Of a DNA stretch of 64,000 nucleotides, positions 1 to 10,445 are shown one piece after another. Location of the stretch: the IMG/VR virus record IMGVR_UViG_3300043399_000877, positions 310,001 to 374,000 of that record; one strand, 5' to 3'. Both the position numbers and the translations under genes were made by a program. The notes below the pieces were generated by a model. The model did no database searches, was not told the DNA's origin, and was given only the letters and a program-made list of their open reading frames with translations. Numbering within the stretch: the stretch's first letter is position 1; every line of letters starts with the position of its first letter.

Positions 1-566
1 TACCATTTCTTACAACTCCAAAATCTGGCTTTATGGCGTGGTCCCGGATTATCGCAATTGTGTCTTGCTCTAAAACTCCGGCGTCTCGCCGGGTTGGACT
101 TTTTAATTCTCATGTTTGGATCACCAAAGTTAACCTTTACAACATTGCCACCGGGTTTCCGCACATACACTTTGAATTTTTTTACGTCGCCACGCATGGG
201 TTTACCTAACGGGACTGAGCGACCTTGGTATTCTGCCTCGTCGAGAGTTTCATCTTCATTAAACCACATTACACCGTATTCGGCAAAAAAGTCGTCACCC
301 TCGTATGTTTCTTCTTCGATATCTTCATCCATGTCTGTACTAAATTCAATATCAAAGTCATTAAATCCGCTATCAAAAAGGTAAGTGCTTAGTTTGTTTG
401 CATACTCGTCGCTTTCGGTTTCGCTTAATGCTCTTGGTAACGGAATATAAAAACACTGGGCTCCTTGATCAGTTTCAAATAGTTGACTTTCCGGAAATAT
501 AGAACTGTCTATATTCTCAGTCAGTGTATCTTTTTTCTCAAATATAACTCTTACAAAATGTTCCAT
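1..566 (-). CDS. Conserved phage protein, acidic N-half and basic C-half (stop codon runs off window edge)
   Basis: Hand-translated, missing from ORF track: MEHFVRVIFE...EAEYQGRSVPLGKPMRGDVKKFKVYV...RRRSFRARHNC...FWSCKKW; motif typical of T4-like phages. Confidence 0.8.
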   Translation of the reverse strand, partial: MEHFVRVIFEKKDTLTENIDSSIFPESQLFETDQGAQCFYIPLPRALSETESDEYANKLSTYLFDSGFNDFDIEFSTDMDEDIEEETYEGDDFFAEYGVMWFNEDETLDEAEYQGRSVPLGKPMRGDVKKFKVYVRKPGGNVVKVNFGDPNMRIKKSNPARRRSFRARHNCDNPGPRHKARFWSCKKW

Positions 567-584
567 GTCAAGCCTTTTCGTTAT

Positions 585-1250
585 TTACCAGGTGTCGCCA
601 GACCAAGCAACTCTTTTCCATATGTCAGCCACACCGTCAACATAATCCGCAGTGCAATAATAAAAATATGACGAGTCAAATGCTATTGTTCCAACCTTAT
701 CGTTAACACTACCCTTACTCGTAACCGGAGCAGGCGAGATACGAACCGATCCTCCGTTTGGAAACAACATGGACCCGTCTGCAGAAAACTGCCAGGTATT
801 CCCATTCGCTGCAATATTCACCGGGGGGTTTGAACCGCTTAAAACCCTAAAATGACTTGTTTCTCCACCTAGGAAGAGATCGGCTATGCTGTTATCTTGA
901 GAACCGCCTGCGCGAATATGTATGTGGTTCGGGAAAGTAGGTTCTATTATTATGTATTGATCTGTATTATTATTGTTGTATAGTTCGGAGTCTGGAACTA
1001 GTCGTATGGTATCTAGACCAGATTGATCAGCACTGTTAGCATTGCTTCCGTATAAAATCCCCGGACCTAACACTTTGCTTTTAACATGAGTCCTCAGTCC
1101 ATCAAACATAAGCATAACCAGCTTATTTGGATTAGCATTAGTGTCTATAAAAAACCCAACTTCTCCAAACGGTCTTACTTCGTCTGTAGCGTTTGCATTA
1201 GCGTCATTTCCGTCTATTTGGCTTACGTTAATTCTTCTTATGGTGGTCAT
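585..1250 (-). CDS. Virion/tail structural protein
   Basis: C-terminal GTIAFDSSYFYYC...WKRVAW motif typical of large-phage tail proteins. Confidence 0.65.
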   Translation of the reverse strand: MTTIRRINVSQIDGNDANANATDEVRPFGEVGFFIDTNANPNKLVMLMFDGLRTHVKSKVLGPGILYGSNANSADQSGLDTIRLVPDSELYNNNNTDQYIIIEPTFPNHIHIRAGGSQDNSIADLFLGGETSHFRVLSGSNPPVNIAANGNTWQFSADGSMLFPNGGSVRISPAPVTSKGSVNDKVGTIAFDSSYFYYCTADYVDGVADIWKRVAWSGDTW

Positions 1251-1262
1251 ATTTAACTCCTA

Positions 1263-3479
1263 TTAATCCCAGAACTCTGAACCGTAGAAAACTTTAGCAG
1301 TCCAGTGAACTTTGAGAGTTTTTGCTTCCCCGTCAATCCTACGATAACTGATAGTGCCTTCGTTTTGAACTAACCACAAATCGTCATTTTCTGCGTCAGT
1401 GCTACCACTGCTTACTTCGGTGTGACTTATATGTTCTTCACCACTGTCGTCTACAATGTGTATGGTTCCAATCCATGTTGCCTCTCCAGAATACGCATGG
1501 TAGTCTATGACTGCTCCTCTAAAATCAGCAGCCCCACCCGGTAGGTCAGCTTTATTCCACCATACTACCGGTTCTGCTCCGGTGCTTACTCTATAATAAA
1601 TAGGATCGTTTGTATTAATCGTAACCGAACGATCTCCCACGAGATATATTTGTAACCAGTTATTGGTGCTGGACCCTACCACTCTGGCTGGGTACCAGGT
1701 GATGTCATCCAAACTTATTTCAAGTTCAAAATTTGTTGGACCATCATACAAGTTATATAAATCTTGATCCCATATCAAATAGATGTAATAATCAAATCTG
1801 CTATCAAAACTAGCGCCTTGTACAACCGGTTGCGTTATTCTTTCTGTTACTGAAATAGTTTTATTACCAGATACCTCTTCAATTCTTCGGTTACCACTGG
1901 CTGTAGATTTTACTCTTCCGATTCCGGTAGCTGTTTTGAGTACTGTACCATCCGAAAATTTAACTCCCTCGTTGACTTTTGTAATGTCAATTTCTCTGCG
2001 AATGTAACTGAATCCGCCACCGTTACCGCCCTGAGTCCAACTAGTCCATTCTACCGCATAGTATTTTCCAGTATCCGGTACATACATAATAGATTTAGAA
2101 CCGGGAACCCTGTTTCCTAGGTTACCGTTGTAAGCAGCATAAAATGGCAAGTAGGTTCTTGTCGTAATGTTGGAAAGATCGTCGTACCCGTCTATGTTCC
2201 ACAGAGTGCCTGCAGGGCTAGTTTCTTCGTTGTATCCCTGCTCTCTGTACGGGTTATAGATGCTGTTGTTATTACCACGGGTAATCCCTACGCCAGCGCC
2301 AGCGCCGTCGTCTTCTACAATAACATCAACTTCGTTACCGTAGTCGGTTTTTTGAAAATAATTAAGATCAGTTATTTCAGTTCGGGTGTAGGAATATCCA
2401 CCGTTATTACCGCCCCATTGGGTAAAATCAAACTTGTAATATTTGTCATTGATAGTATCATGCATTACAAGCTCAGAACCGATTATGTTATTGCCCACTT
2501 GGTTGTTTAAGGCTGACCGCCAGTTGCTGTAAGATCTGGTTTTTATGTCGCTTAAATCAGCCCAGCCATCTGAATTCCATGTTGTTCCCAATGGGCTAAC
2601 ATAAGAGCTGTTGTCGTATTCTGGTTCAGATGCGCTGTTATAAATTCCCTGTTGAATTCCGCGTGTTAAAATCAATCCGGGACCAATTTCATCAAAAACG
2701 TAGGGTCTATATTGAATACTTGCGTTAGTATACGTTCCTGGAGTATTTGATGCAACACCAACAAATGCAGCGTTGCTTATGGTTAATATCTCTCCGAGCT
2801 CACCCACAGTCTCGACAGTAAAGTCGACGCTGCTGTTATCGTTTGGTCCACCAATGTAATAACTCCAGATTCTATAACGTTGACCAGCAACGTAACCGTT
2901 ACCGGGCGAAGTTACGATAATAGAGTCTATTGTTGGGCCTTCACCGATAATTACAGTAAATTGGGCATTAAATCCCTGCCCTTCTGCGGTCACAGTAACC
3001 GGATTTCCCAGTGTAGGGGGCAGAGTGATAATAGGATTGTTTGTTAACTCTAAATATGGTTGAACTGGCCCGGCGCCACCGCCTCCCTGATTTAGTAATC
3101 CCTCTGTATCAGTTAGGTCTGATATGTCTGTTGGTATCTGATCAACAGTAGCATAGCCGGTCAAGTCAGGTTCTAATAATCCTTGACTGTCAGTTAGGTC
3201 TGATATGTCTGTTGGTATCTGATCAACAGTAGCATAGCCGGTCAAGTCGGTATCTAGCAGTCCCTGTGCATCAGTCAAATCTGATACGTCTGTTGGTATT
3301 TGAAGTTCGTCTATTCTAGTATTAACTTCAGTGTTGTAATTTTCAGCTAAATCAATCGCAGTTTCTGAAAGATCGTAAACCTCATCAAAATTTTCATTGA
3401 TTTTTACAAATGCCGAACGTATGCTTTCACCATCACCGGATTGATCGCCTGACCCTACATTGATTGTTTGTTTTGCCAT
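1263..3479 (-). CDS. Tail fibre / baseplate-attached protein
   Basis: N-terminal MAKQTINVG..GDGESIRSAFVKINENF (T4 gp9/gp10-like anchor); IPTDISDLTD repeats; duplicated ~125-aa domain. Confidence 0.75.
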   Translation of the reverse strand: MAKQTINVGSGDQSGDGESIRSAFVKINENFDEVYDLSETAIDLAENYNTEVNTRIDELQIPTDVSDLTDAQGLLDTDLTGYATVDQIPTDISDLTDSQGLLEPDLTGYATVDQIPTDISDLTDTEGLLNQGGGGAGPVQPYLELTNNPIITLPPTLGNPVTVTAEGQGFNAQFTVIIGEGPTIDSIIVTSPGNGYVAGQRYRIWSYYIGGPNDNSSVDFTVETVGELGEILTISNAAFVGVASNTPGTYTNASIQYRPYVFDEIGPGLILTRGIQQGIYNSASEPEYDNSSYVSPLGTTWNSDGWADLSDIKTRSYSNWRSALNNQVGNNIIGSELVMHDTINDKYYKFDFTQWGGNNGGYSYTRTEITDLNYFQKTDYGNEVDVIVEDDGAGAGVGITRGNNNSIYNPYREQGYNEETSPAGTLWNIDGYDDLSNITTRTYLPFYAAYNGNLGNRVPGSKSIMYVPDTGKYYAVEWTSWTQGGNGGGFSYIRREIDITKVNEGVKFSDGTVLKTATGIGRVKSTASGNRRIEEVSGNKTISVTERITQPVVQGASFDSRFDYYIYLIWDQDLYNLYDGPTNFELEISLDDITWYPARVVGSSTNNWLQIYLVGDRSVTINTNDPIYYRVSTGAEPVVWWNKADLPGGAADFRGAVIDYHAYSGEATWIGTIHIVDDSGEEHISHTEVSSGSTDAENDDLWLVQNEGTISYRRIDGEAKTLKVHWTAKVFYGSEFWD
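3111..3300 (-). repeat. 81-bp-period tandem repeat (about 2.5 copies) in tail fibre gene
   Basis: agttaggtctgatatgtctgttggtatctgatcaacagtagcatagccggtcaagtc identical at 3111 and 3192; degenerate third copy; encodes DLTGYATVDQIPTDISDLTD. Confidence 0.9.
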
Positions 3480-3489
3480 TCTCAAATCC

Positions 3490-3894
3490 TCAATTCATTA
3501 AAATAATACTGTTTACGGTTCCAGCAGTCCAGTTATCAATTTTAGCTCGCAGCCATACATAATTTCCAGCAAAATTGTAACCAAAAACTCCAGTAGTTGA
3601 AGTGGCAAAATTTAAACTAGTTCTTTGAAAACGTGTTACCAAACCAGTGGTGTCCATAGTGTATTCATATTCTTGATTAAATGGTACATCGAACCAGTCG
3701 TTAACGCCAGGAGCAGATTCCAGTGACGCTTGTAATCTCACTTGTCCAACAAAGTTTTCAATGTTAACTTGTAATGAATACAGGCGATTCGTGGATCCGT
3801 AATAGCCGGATCCACGATATTGACCTCCGGTCAATTGCTGGGCACCTGTGCCCGTGTGTGGTTTCAAAGATAAAATAGTAGTACTGTTTGCCAT
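3490..3894 (-). CDS. Putative virion structural protein
   Basis: Beta-rich ORF (LQASL...DWFDV...GNYVWLRA); ATAAATA late-promoter motif just upstream. Confidence 0.55.
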   Translation of the reverse strand: MANSTTILSLKPHTGTGAQQLTGGQYRGSGYYGSTNRLYSLQVNIENFVGQVRLQASLESAPGVNDWFDVPFNQEYEYTMDTTGLVTRFQRTSLNFATSTTGVFGYNFAGNYVWLRAKIDNWTAGTVNSIILMN

Positions 3895-3898
3895 ACTA

Positions 3899-4588
3899 CT
3901 ATTTATCAATATCGTTTATATAGACAATTTTTTCAATTTTGCCAATTCCGCTTCCAATGATCATTTCTATAATTGAAAGGCAACTGGTGTTTTTTATATA
4001 AAAATAATTACCACCAACGTAATAATCATTTTCTAAATTGCGTAAAACAACTGAGCCAGCTTTTGCTTTGTCTGGATTATTTTTGATCCAAGTTGCTAGG
4101 GCAGTTTTATGAACAGCAGACGAGCCGTACTTTAATGTTACTTTGTATTCGTATGCTGATGGTTTTTTGGAAACAATTGTGTTTATATTTCCAGACAGGA
4201 ATGTTTCTGATCCCGGTACCGGCGCCCATAATACACAAGGGGTATCAATACTGGTGTCTTTTGCAATCTGATCTAGTAAACTTAGATTGTTTGTATAAAT
4301 TATCAGACTATACATCTCACAGCGCACTTTAAACTCAGATTGCTTTCCCTTGAGATTTTCGATTATTTTATCGCAGTCCTCAATTTGAGATCGGTAGGCA
4401 GTTTTGAACCTTCCTACTTTTATAGTGTCGTTATTGCCCATAACTAATTTCAAACTGTTAAGAGCACCGGCGGTCACACCCCGGGTGGGGTGTGACCTCA
4501 TTACATGCGACAGTGGCGTTCGTATGTGGAGTTTGTACAAGTATTGGCTATAGAAAAGCTTTTCTGAGTTAAGCGTTTTCGACAACAT
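3899..4588 (-). CDS. Hypothetical protein
   Basis: ORF coupled to clpA; start uncertain. Confidence 0.6.
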   Translation of the reverse strand: MLSKTLNSEKLFYSQYLYKLHIRTPLSHVMRSHPTRGVTAGALNSLKLVMGNNDTIKVGRFKTAYRSQIEDCDKIIENLKGKQSEFKVRCEMYSLIIYTNNLSLLDQIAKDTSIDTPCVLWAPVPGSETFLSGNINTIVSKKPSAYEYKVTLKYGSSAVHKTALATWIKNNPDKAKAGSVVLRNLENDYYVGGNYFYIKNTSCLSIIEMIIGSGIGKIEKIVYINDIDK

Positions 4589-6818
4589 TGTTTGACTCAC
4601 TAACTAACACAAGCTCTGTTCCCTGAACAGTAACTTTTACTGCGCCACCGTGACGCAACTTACCAAACAGTATCTCTCTAGACAGCGGCCGCTTGATCTC
4701 GTTGTCGATAACTCTTTGCAAAGGTCTCGCACCCATCTTACGATCAAATCCACGCTCTACAAGGTAATCCATAGCCGAATCGTCTATAGACATTGTGATA
4801 TTCTTGTCAGCGATTTGATCCTTGAGAGTCTTTAAGAATTTACCAACAATCTTGAGCATAGTAACCTTATCGAGTCTACCGAAAGTAACAACGCCATCTA
4901 GACGGTTTCTAAACTCTGGCGGGAAAAACTTCTTGAGATCGGCATCGCTGTATTGTTTTTCCATAGAGTCCCCAAACCCAATCGCGTTCTTTTCCGAGTC
5001 TGCTGCACCGAGGTTGGTAGTAAGAATTAAGATACAGTTTCTTGCATCCGCTTCCTTACCGTTGCTGCCAGTAATGCGGCCATTGTCCATGATCTGCAAC
5101 AAGACACTGCTTACATCAGGGTGGGCCTTTTCAATCTCGTCAAGCAGTAGTACACAATTGGGGTTTTCCTGAAGGCGAGTAATAAGTTGGCCAGCGTTAT
5201 CTTCAAACCCAACATAGCCAGGAGGGCTACCGATAAGTTTACTAATACTGTGCTTTTCTTGATACTCACTCATGTCGAACCGTACAAGTTTAACACCGAG
5301 ATTTGATGCAAGTTGTTTTGCAAGTTCAGTTTTACCAACGCCAGTTGGGCCCATAAACACAAAGCTACCAACCGGGCGGTTATCTGCTTTAAGACCGGCT
5401 TGTGCAACCAGGATCTTGTCAACAATTTGCTCAATTGCAGTTTCTTGCCCGTATACGTTGCCTTTGAGGTTGCGCTCAAGGTTTACAAGATTTTCAGTTT
5501 CTTGTTCCTTAATCTGTGCTTCAGGAACTTTGATCATTTTTGCAAGCTCATTTTGCACGTTTTCAACATCAACAATGCGGTTTGCTGTCTGATTCTGTAC
5601 CTTGAATCTTGAACACGCGATGTCGATTAAGTCAATGGCTTTGTCCGGCAGCTTTTTGTCAGTCTGATATTTTACACTCAGCTTGACGGCAGCGTCGATG
5701 GCCGAATCAGTAATATCAACATCGTGATACTCCTCATAATACTTTCTCAGTCCTTTGAGGATTTCCACAGTTGTCTCTGCGGTTGGCTCATCTACGGTTA
5801 CTCTTTGGAAACGACGCATCAATGCTCGGTCCTTTTCAAAGTGCTTGCGATACTCGTCCCACGTGGTGCTTGCAATAACTTTGATGTTGCCCTTGCTCAG
5901 TGCAGGCTTAAGCATGTTTGCGAGGTCATTTGCGCTATTGCTGCTGCCTGCGCCAGCACCGCTGATCATATGGGCTTCATCAATAAACATGATGGTCTTG
6001 CCCTTGCTGCGAAGTGCCTGCAGAACCAATTTGAAGCGTTCTTCAAAGTCACCACGATACTTGCTGCCAGCTAACATGCTGCCAATATCCAGGGTATAAA
6101 CACTATACTCTTTCAAGAAATCTGGAACGTCGCCGTTAACGATGCGATATGCAAGACCTTCTGCGATAGCAGTTTTACCAACACCCGGATCACCAACAAG
6201 AATTGCGTTGCTTTTGTTTCGGCGACCTAGCGTTAAAGCAAGTTGCTCGATTTCTTCTTCGCGCCCGATAACCGGGTCAATCTTACCGCGCTTAACGTCT
6301 TCGTTCAAGTTAGCAGTAAACATCTTGAGTGCTTTGTTGGCATTTCCGAGGTTTTCTGGTTGTTCCTCTTCAACACCGGCAGCACTGTATTCGCTATTGA
6401 TGTAGTCAACAAAGTTTTCTTTATTGACACCGGCCTGTTCCAGCGCAAAACATGCATAACTGCGCTTTTCACTCAGCATGCTCAAAAATACATCTGGAAT
6501 CTCAATAACGGTCTTACCACTAAACAGGATTTGTGCAAATGCGCGATTCAACACCCGCTCGACAGTTTGTGTCTTTTTGGGCTTGTACTTTTGCATGTCA
6601 GTTTTGATGTCATCAAGTTTAGTTTTGAGATAGTTCTCAATATTTTTCTTGATGAGTTCAACATCGACTCCGTAAGTCTTAAGCATGCCTTCGAAGTTTA
6701 CTTCGCAGAGCATAGCATAGAGAAGGTGCTCTAGTGTGACGTATTCGTGTTCGAGTTTCTTAGCATCGTTAACTGCCTTATCAAAGACAAGTTGTAACTC
6801 TTTGCTGGGTTCTACCAT
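4569..6818 (-). CDS. clpA: ATP-dependent Clp protease ATPase subunit ClpA
   Basis: Clp-N domain, two AAA+ modules (GDPGVGKT, GPTGVGKT), KYRGDFEER, IGF loop, GARPL; SD before ATG 6818. Confidence 0.95.
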   Translation of the reverse strand: MVEPSKELQLVFDKAVNDAKKLEHEYVTLEHLLYAMLCEVNFEGMLKTYGVDVELIKKNIENYLKTKLDDIKTDMQKYKPKKTQTVERVLNRAFAQILFSGKTVIEIPDVFLSMLSEKRSYACFALEQAGVNKENFVDYINSEYSAAGVEEEQPENLGNANKALKMFTANLNEDVKRGKIDPVIGREEEIEQLALTLGRRNKSNAILVGDPGVGKTAIAEGLAYRIVNGDVPDFLKEYSVYTLDIGSMLAGSKYRGDFEERFKLVLQALRSKGKTIMFIDEAHMISGAGAGSSNSANDLANMLKPALSKGNIKVIASTTWDEYRKHFEKDRALMRRFQRVTVDEPTAETTVEILKGLRKYYEEYHDVDITDSAIDAAVKLSVKYQTDKKLPDKAIDLIDIACSRFKVQNQTANRIVDVENVQNELAKMIKVPEAQIKEQETENLVNLERNLKGNVYGQETAIEQIVDKILVAQAGLKADNRPVGSFVFMGPTGVGKTELAKQLASNLGVKLVRFDMSEYQEKHSISKLIGSPPGYVGFEDNAGQLITRLQENPNCVLLLDEIEKAHPDVSSVLLQIMDNGRITGSNGKEADARNCILILTTNLGAADSEKNAIGFGDSMEKQYSDADLKKFFPPEFRNRLDGVVTFGRLDKVTMLKIVGKFLKTLKDQIADKNITMSIDDSAMDYLVERGFDRKMGARPLQRVIDNEIKRPLSREILFGKLRHGGAVKVTVQGTELVLVSESNNVVENA

Positions 6819-6819
6819 T

Positions 6820-7344
6820 TTATTTCCTTCTTTTGTTTTTTTCAAGCTTCTTCAGAGCCATCTGTCGTTTTATTCTAGATACCCTGTCTGTAAACAATAC
6901 ACCACTTAGATGATCATATTCATGCAAAAACACCCTCGCGTCTATGTCTTCATACGTTTGCCCTACGTGTATAACACTTTTCCCGTCAGGTGTCAAAGTG
7001 TCAAACTCAACTAAAATCTTTTTAGGTCGAGTTACCTGCAAGTATATATTTGGAAAACTCAGGCAACCTTCTACTTGAGTCTCTAATTCTTCCGATATTG
7101 CGCTGATTGACGGATTAATAACGGTTACGGCTCCATTAATTGACATTATTTGTTTGTTAATAACCGGCTTCATCACAAATATTTGAGCATCCAAACCCAC
7201 TTGATTGGCTGACAAGCCAAGGCCGCCGTTGCTGTTCATGACGGTGGCCATTTGTAATGAAACGGTCGGAGCATCGTATTTGTCGTAATCAAATTTAACT
7301 ACTGGGGTTTCTAAAATTTTATCGGGGGCTATTATTAATTGCAT
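6820..7344 (-). CDS. def: Peptide deformylase
   Basis: GLGLSANQVG, EGCLS, HEYDHLSG motifs. Confidence 0.95.
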   Translation of the reverse strand: MQLIIAPDKILETPVVKFDYDKYDAPTVSLQMATVMNSNGGLGLSANQVGLDAQIFVMKPVINKQIMSINGAVTVINPSISAISEELETQVEGCLSFPNIYLQVTRPKKILVEFDTLTPDGKSVIHVGQTYEDIDARVFLHEYDHLSGVLFTDRVSRIKRQMALKKLEKNKRRK

Positions 7345-8146
7345 CTCTTAACTCTTTTATTTTTTCTATAATCTCTTGATCGTTAACTGGCCGTAGTGTT
7401 CCTTTTAAGTGAACATACAAATTACCAACTACCCCAGACCTCACATCTGGCAAACCATGGCCACTTATACTCAAGGTTGTGCCAGGCTGTGTCCCTGCTT
7501 TAATATTAACGCGAGCAGCGCGGCCTGTCAAGTCCTCTATAATCAACTCTGTGCCGCACATTAAATCAAAAACATCCACATTGCATTTTAAAGAAATATT
7601 GTTGTTGTCTCTAGAAAACTTAGGGTGCGGTAATACTCTAATCAATATTAATAAATCGCCACGATTAAAGTTTTTTATACTATCATCACCAAGACCAACA
7701 ACCTTAACAGTCTCGCCATCTCGTACTCCTGGCGGAATTTTAACTGTGGCTGTTTCCAATCTCGAACTTGGCAAATGATAACTGGCTACTATTTCTTTCC
7801 CCACGGCAACATCTTCTAATGTAAGATTTACTGAAATACGAACATCCTTGTTTTTTTTAATCACACGATGCATGTTTCTCCCAAACATTTGATTAAAAAT
7901 GTCTTGGATATCATTAACATCAAAGTCACCGGATCTAAATTGAAAGTTGTTTTCAACCGGTGGATTATCGTATTCTTGTCTTTTTGCAGGATCCCCTAAC
8001 ACATCATATGCAGCAGTTATTTCGGTAAACTTCGTATGGTCACCGCCACGGTCCGGGTGATGTTGCATGACTAGCTTTTTGTATGCTCGTTTGATTTCTT
8101 CTTGGGTAGCGTTTTTTGGTACGCCCAGTGTATCATAATGGTTCAT
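7319..8146 (-). CDS. DnaJ/CbpA-class co-chaperone (no Zn finger)
   Basis: J-domain with HPD, C-terminal DnaJ_C (GDL..I, GTQPG, GNLYV). Confidence 0.9.
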   Translation of the reverse strand: MNHYDTLGVPKNATQEEIKRAYKKLVMQHHPDRGGDHTKFTEITAAYDVLGDPAKRQEYDNPPVENNFQFRSGDFDVNDIQDIFNQMFGRNMHRVIKKNKDVRISVNLTLEDVAVGKEIVASYHLPSSRLETATVKIPPGVRDGETVKVVGLGDDSIKNFNRGDLLILIRVLPHPKFSRDNNNISLKCNVDVFDLMCGTELIIEDLTGRAARVNIKAGTQPGTTLSISGHGLPDVRSGVVGNLYVHLKGTLRPVNDQEIIEKIKELRDAINNSPR

Positions 8147-8180
8147 GCAGTATATATCTGCGGCAGTTTAGTTACGTGAT

Positions 8181-8525
8181 TTATATTGAATAATCTTTAC
8201 TTTCAAGTTTTTCTCTAGTACGACCATATGCCGTAATACCTAACACTGCGCCCATTGCCAAGTGAAAAAATCCACCACTTTTTAATGTTATAGGATCCCA
8301 GGCGATGGTTATGAGAGTTCCTTGGTATACTTGTAAGCTAGACCAAAATATTGGAAATACAATAAAGTCAAATAGTATTACCAACATGTAGACCCATGCC
8401 ATCATAGGTCTCCATGTTGTATTAATAAAATTGCGGTTGGTGTTAGAAAGTATAGGCACCATAGCCTTTAACTTTTCTTTTTCACTGTCTCCAGCTTCTG
8501 TGTCGTTGTATGTTTCGTTTTCCAT
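8181..8525 (-). CDS. Putative 3TM-family holin-like membrane protein
   Basis: WRP..AWVY and MGAVLGITAYGRT.EK motifs, hydrophobic helices. Confidence 0.6.
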   Translation of the reverse strand: MENETYNDTEAGDSEKEKLKAMVPILSNTNRNFINTTWRPMMAWVYMLVILFDFIVFPIFWSSLQVYQGTLITIAWDPITLKSGGFFHLAMGAVLGITAYGRTREKLESKDYSI

Positions 8526-8560
8526 AGCATTTTCCGCCTGCTATGTATTTAAACCACTTC

Positions 8561-9274
8561 TTATATTCTTTTTAGTACAAGTAAATGATTTTTATTTTCG
8601 AAAACTAACTCTTTGCCGTATTTTGTGATGTTGTAATCACCAAAATATTTTGTTAAAAATATAACTTCACCGTAGTCATTTATGTTTATATTTTCAGTAA
8701 TAGCTGTCTGAATTTCCGCATATGGACCAAAATTTACAATTTCAAATTGAACAGGATCGGCCCATGCTTTTTTTACAGTAAGTGTATCGCCTTTTAAATT
8801 AATAGTTTCTAATGCGCTTTTATCAAAAAAGGTTTTAAAATTGTTAATACTTGACTCGTTGACTGAAGATGCATACTCATCTGCAGACTTTGGAACCATC
8901 TTATCTAAATTTTCTCTATCAAGAACATAGCTCTTGAAATTTTTATAATAGCGGAACTTGAAAGGATTTATATTTGATAGTTTCCCGATTCCGTCCATGA
9001 TGTTTAGTATGTTGTCTACAACATTAGAATCACGGTCTAATTCAATATAAACGCGGTGATCAGAACTGTCGTCGTTCACTGCGGCCATGTCGGCATCAAG
9101 AACGAATTTATAGCCTTTTTCTACGAAGCTAACTAGGTCTTCTGCGGGCGCTTTTCCTTGTATTGAAAAGCTCATGACCACTACATCCTTGTCGTCGCCC
9201 ATTTTGCTTTTGTATGCGTCGATTTCAAAAACACCATTGATTAACGACTCAAGATCTCCCGGACGTAAACTCAT
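8561..9274 (-). CDS. Conserved hypothetical phage protein
   Basis: ORF, overlaps neighbour by ATGA. Confidence 0.7.
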   Translation of the reverse strand: MSLRPGDLESLINGVFEIDAYKSKMGDDKDVVVMSFSIQGKAPAEDLVSFVEKGYKFVLDADMAAVNDDSSDHRVYIELDRDSNVVDNILNIMDGIGKLSNINPFKFRYYKNFKSYVLDRENLDKMVPKSADEYASSVNESSINNFKTFFDKSALETINLKGDTLTVKKAWADPVQFEIVNFGPYAEIQTAITENININDYGEVIFLTKYFGDYNITKYGKELVFENKNHLLVLKRI

Positions 9275-9816
9275 TGTGGAATTCCTCCCTGTTCCGGGGC
9301 AATCTCGGGTTGTGGTGCTGGTTCAGCTGCCTGTGCTTCAACTGGCATTTCTTGATCAACTCCTGGAGTATCTTCGGATTTTAGCTCTAAATCTTCAATC
9401 TCACTGTCATAAAAATCAGCTATGAGATTTTTTGGCATTTTTATTTCAACAACCCAAATTGGTTCAGCTTCCAATTTTCCTTTTTTTGTACCTGGTCTAA
9501 AATCATCCTTTGATTCTATTTTTTTAGGTTTTATAAAGTATGTTTTTTCATAAGTTACTTTGCAATCATAATCTGTTAACCGTTTGCCGCCCATGGGGTC
9601 TGGCATCTTGTCTTCTTTCCAGAAAAACTTGCAACTTATCCAGTGTCTGTCAATGTCCGGGCCAGCAGCCAACTCGCCTTCCATCCAATTTTTATAAACA
9701 TAAAGATCGAGTTCGTCTAATACACGTTCAAAATCTTTCAATACATTAAATGCTGTATTGTTTTCATACATGTTTTCTATATTTTTTAAAACGTCTAAGA
9801 CATCGAGATTACTCAT
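9271..9816 (-). CDS. Conserved hypothetical phage protein
   Basis: ORF with MPDPMGGKRL motif and acidic tail. Confidence 0.7.
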   Translation of the reverse strand: MSNLDVLDVLKNIENMYENNTAFNVLKDFERVLDELDLYVYKNWMEGELAAGPDIDRHWISCKFFWKEDKMPDPMGGKRLTDYDCKVTYEKTYFIKPKKIESKDDFRPGTKKGKLEAEPIWVVEIKMPKNLIADFYDSEIEDLELKSEDTPGVDQEMPVEAQAAEPAPQPEIAPEQGGIPQ

Positions 9817-9828
9817 TGGGGCACCTTA

Positions 9829-10305
9829 TTAAATATTTTCTTCGGTTGACGGGGCAGGATCTTGTGGTGGCGGATCTAATACTAATTCTGGAAACACGGG
9901 CCCTAGTTCTGTTACAGCCTCGTTTGTGGCTGGTTCAGGTGGTGGTGGAGCGACAACTTCAACAGGGTCGACGTTGTCATTTTTCCACGGAAGATCTCTT
10001 ACTTCTATGGGTGCAGTAGCCTGCGCTGAAACTTTGTCTGATACTACAGCTTCAAGCTCAAGTTTTTGTTCTGCGCCCAACGACGAAAATAACCATCCAA
10101 GAACAATATCTTCAGTTAAATTTTCATATTCTATAAAATTTTCTGCAGTTGGGTCAAACCCCAATTCTCTCGTTGACTGGTAACTCGCACTATACTGATC
10201 TAATGTTGCAGTAAGCGAGTAATAAATCCGGTAAACTACATTGGTTTTGGTTTCGAAAACTCTTATGCATTCGAGTTTTTCAATTTTCCAAACAATATTT
10301 ATCAT
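9829..10305 (-). CDS. Putative tail-associated protein
   Basis: WKIEKL...FIEYENLTEDIVLGW motif; Pro-rich tail. Confidence 0.55.
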   Translation of the reverse strand: MINIVWKIEKLECIRVFETKTNVVYRIYYSLTATLDQYSASYQSTRELGFDPTAENFIEYENLTEDIVLGWLFSSLGAEQKLELEAVVSDKVSAQATAPIEVRDLPWKNDNVDPVEVVAPPPPEPATNEAVTELGPVFPELVLDPPPQDPAPSTEENI

Positions 10306-10445
10306 GTTATCTCCATTGCTAGTATATCTTATTTATCATAAATCCAATATACGTGCTTTAACTTAGGGGACCGGAGGTAAATAATAGTGCAGGGATTGGC
10401 TCTGCAAAGATGCTAAACCCTGATTAGATACCTTAGGAGGACTTA

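Noticed and set aside
3111-3300. CRISPR array or DGR template/variable repeat
   Set aside because: In-frame coding repeat, fewer than 3 full copies, no A-specific mismatches, no cas or RT gene in the window.
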